64,000 nt of DNA from Octopus vulgaris (taxonomy: Eukaryota), in the NCBI GenBank assembly GCA_951406725.2, contig OX597815.1, forward strand, positions 173,476,001 through 173,540,000, written 5' to 3'. Shown one piece after another: positions 27,501 through 39,236 of the stretch. Under the pieces are notes generated by a model. It made no database searches. It saw nothing but the letters and a program-made list of their open reading frames with translations, and was not told the DNA's origin. The translations under genes and the position numbers were made by a program. How positions within the stretch are numbered: position 1 is the first letter of the stretch; every line of letters starts with the position of its first letter.

Positions 27501-29859
27501 AAGTCAAAAGGAAAGCTCTCTGGATTACTACAGTTGCTAGGGCAGAAACTGACAAAACTCACCATCAAAAGACTTTAATGCAAATGATAAACTGCTGCAA
27601 CAACAGTACTCTATAAAACGCACATAAGCTATAGCTTATCGTAACTCAGAGCTTGGCTTCTACTACAGTATGAAGGATACTATTGAGCTTCACACCTAGC
27701 CAAAACTGATATGTCAAGAATCATACATTTGATAAATTTCTGTATCTGGCTGTATTCTTGAAGCTTCAATCAAAACCAGAAATAAGCAAGGCCACTTCTA
27801 AGGTGGCAGTGGAAATACAAGCTTCCTTTTATTAACTAAGCTTTCTGGTCTTTGCCATGATGAACTTTGAACTTCAGACCACTGTTCCAGGTTGTTTCTG
27901 CTACTTTCCAACAGATTCTGCTAACAGAATCAGATCATCAGCTTACAAAAATTTCTAAATTCTTGTGATATAGCTATAAGAAAACTGCAATGAACAGAAA
28001 GGCAGCTGCTGGTGGTGGTGAAGACAGAATCTTCATAAACAACCAAGTGTATATAAAATTCTACATTCTATACCACGCCAAACCTTGTTTATAACATCCC
28101 TGTAATGACTTGGAAGACCTTCACAAATTATTTACCTACATTTAGTTTCCACAGTACTCAAGAGATGTCAAAGGAAGAAACCTTGTCACTGATCTTCTTC
28201 AGATAGAAAGATGCTTAATTTTAAGTAAGAATTTCTTTTACAGTTGTCTAATATATATAGTGTATGTGGTTCTGTATCCCAACACAAACGTAAAGTGCTT
28301 CTCATCCAAGTTAATTGTATAGAATATTGGAAATGAAAGCTTTCATAAGATATTATCTTGAAAAATGTAGTAATGTGAACAAAAAGGATATAAAAAAAGA
28401 ATAAAAGTTATGAATTTTTGTTAAGCTAATGTTTATGTTATACAATGAACCATTTCTCTATTAAAAAGAAATTCTTCGTAATACATATTGCAATATCATA
28501 CTGTCTCCCAATTTATGTCAGACAAAAACAAATAAAAAAAAAAGCTCCAAATATTCTTAATAGCTTAATCATAATTAGTTGCCTACAAAACAAATTACAC
28601 CATCATTCATTACAATACTATATCATTACAAGTCTCCCAAAATAAACAGTCCAGCAAGAAAAAACACCCAAGAAACATATTAAAGATATATATACTACTC
28701 TACTAGATTAAAATCAGATGCTGGTTTCATTGACGTAGTTTCTCTTAGTACCCAAAAGCAAATAAGTTTGGCTTTTACGTTACTTAAAGTTAATAATCTA
28801 AGCACATGTCAGAGCTCTGAGATTTTGTTTCATAAACCTTTCATTCTATATTTGTTCTGTGATAGTTTGCTTGGGATCTTACTGAAGCATGTCTGCACTT
28901 GTTTATACCTTATGTCAGTTGGCATAACATTCAGAATGAAATGACATAATTCTGAGTAGCTGAACAATTTAACTATAACGTGCTTGTGAAATGATATCCT
29001 CCCAAAGTAAGATATATCAAAGAGTCGTTCACTGAGCCCCCCTACTAAAGAAAATTTCCGGTACTTTCAGAAAACACGTTGAGATCACTGCAGGATGGTG
29101 TGAAAGGTCTTAGCAAATATGTAAGCTCTATCTAGCTTCAAACAAAACTGAAAGTATAATCTAGAATAAATTAACAGAAAAGTATTTTATACAGAAAACA
29201 TACAAAATAAGCTATAAATAAAATTTTGTTTTAGGTGGAAAAGTATACATGATGCTCTAATTAATGAAAATGTACATTGAATCTTTTTGAATCAAGTATA
29301 ATTCTTGATTATATTAAAAGCTACAATGATTAAAAATCATAATTTTTAAATTCCAGAAACAAAATTCTTGTAAAAAAAAAAGAGTTATTTTAATAAGAAA
29401 TAGATCATTCACTAAATATCCTAATGATTACAGAAAGATAAATATTTATTTTAGTGGAATTAATGTTATCAATGCAGTTGTGTGATGAAAATGTAATATA
29501 AGTAATTAATATTAAAAGGAATTTACATTTCCTCCAGGATTTAATCCAAGTATCATTTAATTGTCAGCTTCCAACTGTTTAATCTTTCAAACCAAAGTAC
29601 AATGGATTTATCCTTTTTCTTACATAACAGTACACAACAATTCACATGATCTAAGCAATACATAGGTGCATATACATTTATATGTTAGTGTGTACATGGA
29701 CACACCTCAATATTCCACTATCATTTTTTAATGTCCACTATAAAACTGGGTGTCAAAAAATAAAATTCCAATGCAATTAGGATACCTTTGTCCCTACACA
29801 TAAAAAGGTGTGTGCATGAGAGGTGGGGAGAGAAACTGTTTCCTTTTACTTGTCATTTT

Positions 29860-30400
29860 TGAAGATAAAAAAGAAAAATATTTCTGATGAATTGCTCAAG
29901 ACATTTCTTAAAATTTTTCAAAGTCTACTTCCTTGATTGTTTTGGAATTAATAATAAAGATGTCAAATAAAAACCTCATTCATATAGTACCATAGTTGGA
30001 GACATCTGTTGAATACAAATTGTTTTGATGTGTATTTAGTAAGTTGACACCAATGATTAACTACCTTCTCAGCACCTGATAACCAGTATAATTGTGCACT
30101 TATCATCTGTAAAAATGACACCAATGGATTAAGGAGAAGATGTTCGTTTTGGAATATTTCCAGAAGTATCTGATTTCATCTTTCAACTGATTTCATCCCC
30201 ACTCCCTAACTGCTGCCGTTGATGTTTCATTTTGTCAGTAAACTAAACACTGTAACTGGCCTAAGTAATTAATTCTGAAGTCAGACCAGATATTTCACTG
30301 GCTAAATTTCAAGATCAAAAAGACATTGTAAGAATCTCATTTCCTTATCTCAGATTACACTTATTCTTCCATGTTAAAGACAACAAATTAGGAGACTTAT
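29860..30400 (-). mobile_element. Decayed Tc1-like transposase relic
   Basis: VIFTDDKC (VIFTDE-like first catalytic motif) at about 30096-30120; little else recognisable. Confidence 0.3.
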
Positions 30401-31154
30401 ATAAGTACTGAAGACAGTATGTTATAAATAACACAAACATTTATATCACTCGGTGGGTTTGATAGCAACTTAGACAGAGGTAATTAGAACATGTTGAGTT
30501 TCATGCTTTGACTTATGATTTAGTATCTTTACTCAGATTCGCTCATTAATCACTCTTTTTATTAACATAAATTTCAAACACCCTCATTATTATTTTAAAA
30601 ACAAAATTTAGGAAGTGGCATTTATACTTATGCACACACATTACAAACACTATTTCACTCTCTCTCTCTTTCACTCTCTCTCACACATACACGTGCACAC
30701 ACACACACCTACACTCATGTATAGATGTATAACCCTATGCCCTACAGAGGCAGAATTGATAACTGTATTTAAATGCAACTGATCTTAAATATGAAATTAT
30801 GCAGATTCAAGGCATAAGGAAAAATATTGAAGCAATTCAACAAATGAGTAGCATGAAAAAGTCAAAGCAAATATAAATGAAAATATCAAATGTCAACCAA
30901 GCAATATCCATACACTGCTGTATGAAAAAAATAATTTTAATACAAAATAATATGAAAATCTAGTACTGTCAAAGTGAACAGAGAAGTAAAATTATGATAA
31001 TTTATGTTTTCTTTATTGCTTAGTCAGGAGGGAGGGCAGTGTCCATGACCCTCTGTGACTGATGAAAGGGGGAGAGAAAAGTTATGTTCAAATTGGAGAG
31101 ATGAGGCAACTGTTTGAATTCCACAAAAAGTATCTTTGGACCAAAAAAATTTGA

Positions 31155-31356
31155 ATGCTTTATGTAATGCTTATTTACTCACATTGTTTTGAATTAATCA
31201 TGCATTATCTTGTAGCTTTGAGATTTTAATGATGTGATTGAATATTTTTAGAATGGCATTCAGGGTAGGTGTAAGAGGCTGAGTCTGCCAAGTTTGAAAA
31301 CAAAACAGGTAGAATATATGAGCTGGATATAACCGGTTTACATGCTAAAGGCTTAA
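31155..31356 (+). mobile_element. piggyBac-like MITE (5'-truncated copy)
   Basis: Same body as 34426-34646; ends atgctaaaggc-TTAA. Confidence 0.6.
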
Positions 31357-31998
31357 GTCAACCACTCAGTTGGGTTATGGTAGTGTTTGAATTTAGAATA
31401 TAAAGAGCCAGAACAAATATCCCAAGTATCTTGTGTGATGCTCTAAAATTCTACAAATAAAACTGATACTCTTTTTATAGCCCCTGAAAGGCTGAAAGAT
31501 AGCACTGAGATTTGAACCCGGAGCACAAAGACCCAAAACAAATGGTGCGAAACATTTTATCTGTTGCTCTAACATTTCTGTCCCTTGTCACTTGAGAGTG
31601 TTAAACTTTTAATTCTGAATGATTTATGCTTAGACATAAAAGGGGTTAATTAGCATACTGAACTTATGATTTCTATTTTTTGCATAAAGACACATAGTTT
31701 GGATGTAGGCCCTGTTAATTTCTTTAACACCAGTACTATTCTGTCACTTATTTTATTAACAACAAAAATGAAAAGCAAAGTTGGCTTTGGTGGGGTTTTT
31801 AACTCAATGTATCAAATGAAGTAATTTTGCAAAATTCTTAGTCTGTCACACTACCATTTCTGATACTATGTTACCTTAAAATGGAGAAATACTGAAAAAG
31901 AAAACTGAGGAAGGTGTAAATTACCTTAATTAAATTTGTGTAGGAATTGTGTCAATTGATCCGTTTAAACTACTGATAATTACAAAAATGGTATTTAC

Positions 31999-32412
31999 CT
32001 TTAGCTTGTCTTCTTGCTTCGAAAAATCTTCAAAGTCTCTTCCTGTCAGCTCCTGTGAACTTAACTGTTGTTGAACAGCTGAAATACTCCGAAGAATCTC
32101 CTTCAATTCATTTGTATACTGAGAAGAAGTTTTTGAGTTAAGAATGCTTTTGGAAAGGTGGCTTGAGACAGCAGTTAGTGTAGTTTTTGTAATAGCTTTC
32201 TCCGAAGCAACGGCAGCAACTGTAGCTGTAGTGCCTGAGTCCAGAGCATGTCTGCATTGTAAGCTCTGGGAGCGAAGATCCTGCCATCGTCTGTTGAGTT
32301 TTAGGAGTTCAGGTTCCACGATTTCTAAAGCTTCTTTACCTTTTAGTTCTTCCCCACTTCTGTTTAAACTATCCACATCCCTCTGTCTTCTTTTTAGTTC
32401 CTCTTCAACTGC
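31999..32412 (-). CDS. DMD: Internal coding exon of dystrophin (dystrophin/utrophin orthologue): end of spectrin repeat 15, linker, start of repeat 16
   Basis: Acceptor atttttatttttttag|GCA at 32413/32412 and donor AAG|gtaaat at 31999/31998; 414 nt, 138 codons, no stop. Translation AVEEELKRRQRDVDSLNRSGEELKGKEALEIVEPELLKLNRRWQDLRSQ...SQYTNELKEILRSISAVQQQLSSQELTGRDFEDFSKQEDKLK aligns by eye to human dystrophin EIDRELQKKKEELNAVRRQAEGL...VEPTQIQLSKRWREIESK...STYLTEITHVSQALLEVEQLLNAPDLCAKDFEDLFKQEESLK (recalled sequence, exons 41-42). Confidence 0.92.
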
Positions 32413-32599
32413 CTAAAAAAAATAAAAAATACACTTGTAAGTTTAAGAGAGGGATGTAGTCAATAATCAAAAGACTAAAGCCTTAATTACAATGATAATA
32501 AGAGGAATTTTTTCAAAGACTTCAAAAGAAGGTATTTGAACATATAATAATAGAAAGATATGACAAATAATTTTTAATCAAAGAGGTAGTCATTATCAT

Positions 32600-33065
32600 A
32601 GGAGCAGACATAACTGAGTGATTAGAAAGTTCACTTAGTAACTATGTGTTTTGGGGTTCAATCCCACTATGTGATACCTCCTTAGGCAAGTATATCCTAC
32701 TATGGCCTCAAGTTGATCCATGCTTTATGGGTGAAATTTGTGGGAGGGAAACTGTATAGAAACCCATTGTAAACATAGGGGTGAGGAGAGAAGGAAAGAG
32801 GGAGAGAGAGAGCATGAAAGACTTGTCTCCATATCTTTACACCAGCACTGCTTAGACAGCTATGACATTCATTTATATTCTGTATAAACGATATTTCAGA
32901 ACTTGGTGGTTTAAACATGTGAAGTCTAGAGAAATAAAGTGTCTTATTTGAAAACAAGTAAGGGCTGACATTAGAAAAAGCATCTGACTATTGACAATTG
33001 TCTTAAGAAGTCTTGTCCAACTCTTACCAGCATGGAGAAATCAGATATAAAAATGATGATGATGA
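32600..33065 (+). mobile_element. tRNA-derived SINE (decayed) with (GAT)n tail
   Basis: B box ggttcaatccc at 32655-32665, ggcaagt core, ccagcatgga...gatgatgatgac tail. Confidence 0.7.
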
Positions 33066-33417
33066 CATGCTAAAAATATATCCTGGCATATACTGGATGC
33101 TAAAGTTTCAAATTAATATATTTGAGCTTTGAATTTTCTTGAGGCACTAAGTGTATATGTGTATGGTTTCAAATCAGAAAATCTTAAATGTTTTTACAAG
33201 TGTTTCAGGTGTGGTCTATATTTATATAAATGTATGTGTATTTCTATAAATAAAATTAAAATAACTCTATTCAGAGTTCCTTAATAGCAGCTTAATTTCA
33301 TGATTATTTTTGCTAGAAATATTTGACTTGATTTAGTTGTTGGGGTTTAACAGATATTTCTCCTTTCTATGAATAACACGTGTAAAAGTGGTTGGAAATG
33401 CACACACACACACACAC

Positions 33418-33565
33418 TGTGTGGTAAAAAGTTTGCTTCCCCACTACATGATTCCAGGTTCAGTCCTACTGTGTTGCACTTTGGGCAAGTGTCTTCTACT
33501 ACAGTTTTGGGTCAACTAAAGCATTGTGAGTGGATTTGGTAGATGGAAACTGCCAGAAGCCAGTC

Positions 33566-33596
<31 letters not shown>

Positions 33597-33740
33597 CACC
33601 ACTGCTTGACAACCAGCGCTGGCATGCCTATGTCCTTGTAACTTAGCATTTCAGCAAAAGAAACTGATATAACAATTTCCTCAAGGAGATGTCCCAGCAT
33701 GGCCATAGACTAATGACTAAAACAAGTAAAAGATAAAAAA
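33418..33740 (+). mobile_element. tRNA-derived SINE, inverse orientation to the 19840-20308 copy
   Basis: tgtgtggtaa...ggttcagtcc...ttgggcaagtgtcttctact...aaacaagtaaaagat. Confidence 0.85.
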
Positions 33741-34425
33741 TACACACACAAGGGCCTAGATGTGCAGAAGTTCATGTGATTTTGGATTAGGTCTCTTTGT
33801 GTCTTTTACTGTAGTCTCAGGTTGACTAATAACTTAAGAGTAAATTCTGAAAGATGGAAGCGCTGAAGAAGCCTGATGTATGTATATACATATAATGTAC
33901 ACACATATATATGTTGAAGCACATAGACAAAGAGACATGGTCGATCAAAATGAAACAAAACACTTTGTATAATGGGGCCCTTAATATATTAGACAATGAT
34001 GATATTATTAGACTCCATGACATACAGGAGGACAATGATCATGACTACTATGCCTCTTATACAACCTAGAAACTATAACAACTAAAGAAGACAATGTAGA
34101 GGATCAATCTGCTAGAAACAGCAGCCAAAGCTCAATCAGATTGTACCCCACCACCTTAAAAAAAAAATGATGCATAAGAGATCGCCATTCCTGACATACA
34201 AAATAGATGGGATGGCCAGAGTCAAAGGTTTTTATCACAGATCTACATAACCAAGGCTGGGACTACACAACTAAGAATGTTTATAGTCAAATAGAAAACT
34301 TTTGTTTCAGTGATTCTCTGTTATTTACCTTATTGGATGGATGTATTTTACCATTTACCTTCTTACTTCTGTGCAAAAATACATACTATTAAATCTTTAT
34401 ATATAAAATCCACTGCCAATGCCAA

Positions 34426-34646
34426 CCCTTTAGCATTCAGATTTCTCTGTCAAATGCAGTGCTTATTTATTCACATTATCTTGAATTAATCAAGTATAAG
34501 CTTGTAGCTTTGAAATTTCAATGATGTGACTGTTTATTTTTTAGAATAACATTGTAGAGTAGGTGTGAGAGGCTAGATCTGGTCAGTTTGAACATAAAAC
34601 AGGTAGAATCTTTGGGCTGGATATAACTGGTTTAAATACTGAAGGG
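34426..34646 (+). mobile_element. piggyBac-like MITE
   Basis: Imperfect TIRs ccctttagcatt / aatactgaaggg flanked by degenerate TTAA (ccaa / tcaa); second copy at 31155. Confidence 0.6.
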
Positions 34647-37600
34647 TCAAGAGTCTGTGTTACATGCTAGCATAGAAAACAGATGCTAAATAATGATAAT
34701 TCTAAATGATAGGTGAACCCAAATTAGTAATGAGTGGGCCCAGGAAGAAACAAATTAAGCAGAAGCACTCTTATTCAGATGGAAAAAAAAAGTAAAAATT
34801 ATATAACTACAAGAATCTCTGGGAATTTTTAAAAATTGATCTTTAAAAACTTTCATTTTTTTATCATATTGATTTCTTAATGAATTATAAAATACAAAAT
34901 TAAATTGTTCCCATCTGAGGCTATTTTACAAACTAACTATTACACGGCTTATATAGTTAAAGTAAAGTGTCATTATATAAGTGAAAAGAACAGGCAATTT
35001 TAGTAAATAAATAGATGTCATTCTTATTCAAAGGAAGTTGTTATGAAAAAAACCAGAACAGCTAATTGTGATTTATTGAATACAATTTTTTTTAATATGT
35101 TCATTACATAGGTAAAAATGTAATCACAATTATATGATTATGCTATTTATTTATTAAAATATAGATGTACTCTAATCATATAAATAAATTTAATTGGATT
35201 ACTATATAGTTTTTGGCAATAAAAATTACATATTTATGCTATTTGGTCACCAACATTCAAAACTTCCTTCTGCAATATTACTGTACTATCAATAGTACTA
35301 CAAGCAAGCACAAAATGGAAGAAAATTGTAGAAATCAGGAAAAATAGTAGGTTATTTTTCACCAAATGTTCTTGAGGAAAACCCTAAGAATTTTGAACCT
35401 CGATCTTTTCACAAGTGAAGATGTCTTGAGAAGAGCATTGTTGTGAAGACTTCATGTCATGCTAATGGCACAAAGATCATGCCTAATTGGTTACATCCAA
35501 CTGCAGCTAGATAAATGGAGTATAGGCACCACCACAAAAAGAATAAAATGGAGAAAACTAATGGCCATATGGCATTAAAACTTTCTGGGAGTTTTGACAG
35601 CTGTTATCAATAGACACTAGAAAAAGAACACAATCAATCAAGAACATTGGAAGAAGTACAGTCTAATGTGTGAATGTGATTTCAAAAATTGCATGGTTGC
35701 TTCACTCCAGCAATATTAATAATTATTTAAAAAAATTATATAATAAAAGTGAACCATACTTCCATATCTCAGAATGTATTTTATATATTAGGCTACAAGG
35801 TATTTTTGGTGCAGAGGTGTAAAATATAATTGATATATTTTCCTTCAATAATCATAGTTTTTCATAATCTCAAAATAAATACTGTACAAATTTGCATATA
35901 GTTTCATTTCAAGTAAAGGCTCCAAGTTCATTTCAAATTACTAACTGAAACACAAGCACTCACACTCACTCACACACACACACACACACACACAAATAGA
36001 AATATGTTAAATGAAATATGTTTAAGATGCTTTGAGCAGTTTGTGCATATTGGAACAACATCAACAGAAAGATAAACTTTTATTCATATAATATTAGTAA
36101 ATGAAATATCTATTGCATTATCTGAAACTTAAAGGGAACATAGATATATTTCTCTAGCTTTTGTTATCAAAATTCAGTATAAAATTGTTTAGTTACCAAT
36201 GTCTGTTATGGGTATAGCAATATTAACAGTTTGCAGAAATACAATTATATTAAACTTAAAAAAAGAAGAAAGTAATCTCACAAGAATTTAATATCAATGA
36301 GTGGTTTATTAAAGCAACGAGAAAAGGAATTTCCAAAGAAAAATATCAAAAATCAATCCAAAGGTTTTTGCTTAGAATCAATAGACAGATTTCCATTTTG
36401 CTAGAATTGATACATTTCAGAAAATTAAAATTTCTTAGTAGCTGCAAATCGAAGAAACTTATTTTGTACTTTTTGAAATTGCCTCATGAGGTAAAATCTA
36501 CAAATGAAATATTAAACAAAATTACTCATGTGTAGTTTAAACTAATTATGGATGAGAAATAGGTATCAATGAAGCAGAAAAAAGAGTAATGAGTGCAGTT
36601 ACATCTGACTGGGAATTGAGGACCAAGGATGGTTTGGTTTAGAAGGTGACTGAATGGTAATTGAATCTGTCAACAACTGAGAAGATAATTTGGTAGAAGT
36701 ACAGAGCAGAATTAATATAGTAATTAAACTCTTACCCTGTTTATTTTAATATTTTGTCATTTCTTTGGATACTCAAGATTCTTAAGTTAATAATATTATA
36801 AGGTTTCAAATAATCAAAAAGATTAAGTATAAAAAGATATCAAATTATTCCTAAGAAGCATATTCTGGCAGTTTTATTTCCAAAATTATGAAGCATAAGA
36901 AGTTTGACAAACGAAGACTAAAATAAATAAATTAAATGAATAAATTCATAAAGTCTCTTGAAATAATTAAACTAGAAAAATACAAATGTGATCTTATTTC
37001 AGCTAGGCACATGCATAGACACACATGCCAAATATATTATTCACATTAATGTGAGCCTTGAGGATTATGCACAATTTAGCAGTTTAGGTATCTTCTGTTA
37101 GACATCAAATTGGTTACGTAAATTTGATAGCATTTGTAATTGCACTGAACCCTTTCTCAGTAAGATATGAAGTTTAGTATTTTAGTATTCTGTATTGTGT
37201 TTGGTACTGTATACATACATATATATATGATTCTTATTAGAAGCCTCTTTATGAAACACTAGCTTATAGCATTTTGATTCTAGTTTCATTAAGAGAAATT
37301 TGTTAAATATGCCTGTACATTTCCATCGTTTTCATTCTCTAGTTTGAGAAACCTAGAGTTTAAAACTGCTTCTCACTTTGAACATTTAACTTCATTTAGA
37401 CATGAAAAGATAGGCTCTGTCAATTATCTATACAAATATAGAAGAACAATTCTTAAAACAATTCTTAATTTGGTCAATATTTCTAATGTCTTACTACTAC
37501 TGACTTGCTCCTCATTGTACCAGACATGCAGTGTCATCCATGTCATAAATAACACATAAGCATCTTTAAAACATGACTAAGCCCATTATCACCAAAAAAC

Positions 37601-39170
37601 ACAGAAACAAAATTCAAATGTATGAAATTCTGGCAACAAATTAAAATATCTGGAGAAATCCATTTAATGCCTTTCCTAATAATTGAAACATGCCTTTGGC
37701 AGATTCCATTTTAAGTAAACTGAAGATATTCAGTTTATTCTGTTAGACGATGTACAATCTGTTAGATGATGCACACATTTTAACATTTCATATCAACGAG
37801 GCAACTTTGTTTTTTCATAATGAAAATGAAATGTGGTGGAATCTTACGTCTATTGCAAACTATATAACTTGAATGGATCAAATTATATTAAATTAATCAG
37901 TGTTTCTAAATCATGCAAAGTAAACTCTTCAAGTAATTATTGCTAATCTTCACTGAAAGATTATATTAACATACATACATGTATATTTAATAAATATTTA
38001 GTGGAGAGAGGGAAAGAATATATAAATGCATGTACATGTCTATTTTATGCATACACACACACACAAAATTAAATATTTTTTTCCTAGGCAATGGCTTATA
38101 TATGAATTTCTGCTAAGGTGAAGCTAGTTAGGGACACCTTTGAAAAATTCTCTCCAAATTACTTTATGCAACATTCATGATTCTACGTGAGCAATAAATG
38201 TATCTATCTTCAGTGATGAAGATAAAATTACAGGTAACTGAATCAAAAGGTTTAGTTCTTCTTTGTACCAGGTCTTTTTACAAAGTTCCAAATTGAACTC
38301 TTTTGTAGGTTTAATTTATGAAAATATTGTTAGGAATATATTGCATTGGAGAAAACATGAAAGTAAATTATTGTATTTGATAGCATGTAAGATGAACATA
38401 GAAAAAAAAAGTTTAAAAACATCGCCCTAAATCCTATATGCAAAACTGCATAAGCTCTAATGCATTGAAAACTTTTATCCTGAATATGAGCTGCTGAAAT
38501 TAGGGTGTATCTAAAATGCCTGTACATCTTTTATGCCATCAAACGCAGTAATGTCACTGTTTATTGTAAGGATAGTGGGATGGTCGAAAGGCTAATGTAA
38601 AGCAGGTGGATGGCTGTAAAGTACTGGATAAAATATTTTGAAATACATAGTTTCCCATTACATTGGGGGAGGGGGATCTTTTATTTTTCTAAAAGATTGA
38701 TTAAAATAAGTATCTGTTTTGTAGTGATGGTTGATTTAATCAACTGTGACTTCCCTTAAATTCCTGAACTTGTGATAATGTTAAGAATCAATATTAATGA
38801 TTTATGGGAAATAAAATAAAAATTTAGGCTGGTAAAAATAACTCTGCAAAGTTAGTTTAGTGCCTATCCTAATTAATATAAGTAAAAATATTCAATAGTA
38901 TTTAGCAGGTGTCTGCAAGGAATAGAATAAACCACAAGAAATTTTAACCTAGTTACAAAAGCATTAATTTAAATTAAGAAAATGTTATATATAATACTAG
39001 ATTCCACAATAAATAAAATATCTAGGCAGAATTTCTTTGGTAAGTTTTTCCCTTTTGTTTTATAACAATTAGATTTAATAATTTTTATCTTGTGACAATT
39101 GCTTTAAAATGATTTGAAAAATTAGAGACATTAAAATAAAGAACAAGCCTGAAGTAATACAACAAATGAC

Positions 39171-39236
39171 TAAGATTAAGAGAATTTTATACATTCTAAT
39201 TGTAAGATTAAGAGAATTTTATATCTTCTAATTGTA
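39171..39236. repeat. Tandem duplication, 2 x 32 bp
   Basis: taagattaagagaattttata..ttctaattg occurs twice in tandem. Confidence 0.9.

Noticed and set aside
25568-28220. Possible pogo/Tigger or other DNA-transposon relics (25568-26620, 27500-28220)
   Set aside because: Coding-like texture, but I could not recover paired TIRs or catalytic motifs.
28700-29130. Unique, mildly CpG-enriched stretch as a possible internal promoter or first exon
   Set aside because: Only very short ATG frames and no convincing donor; unsupported without expression data.
32144-32416. Plus-strand 90-aa ORF
   Set aside because: Antisense shadow of the dystrophin exon.
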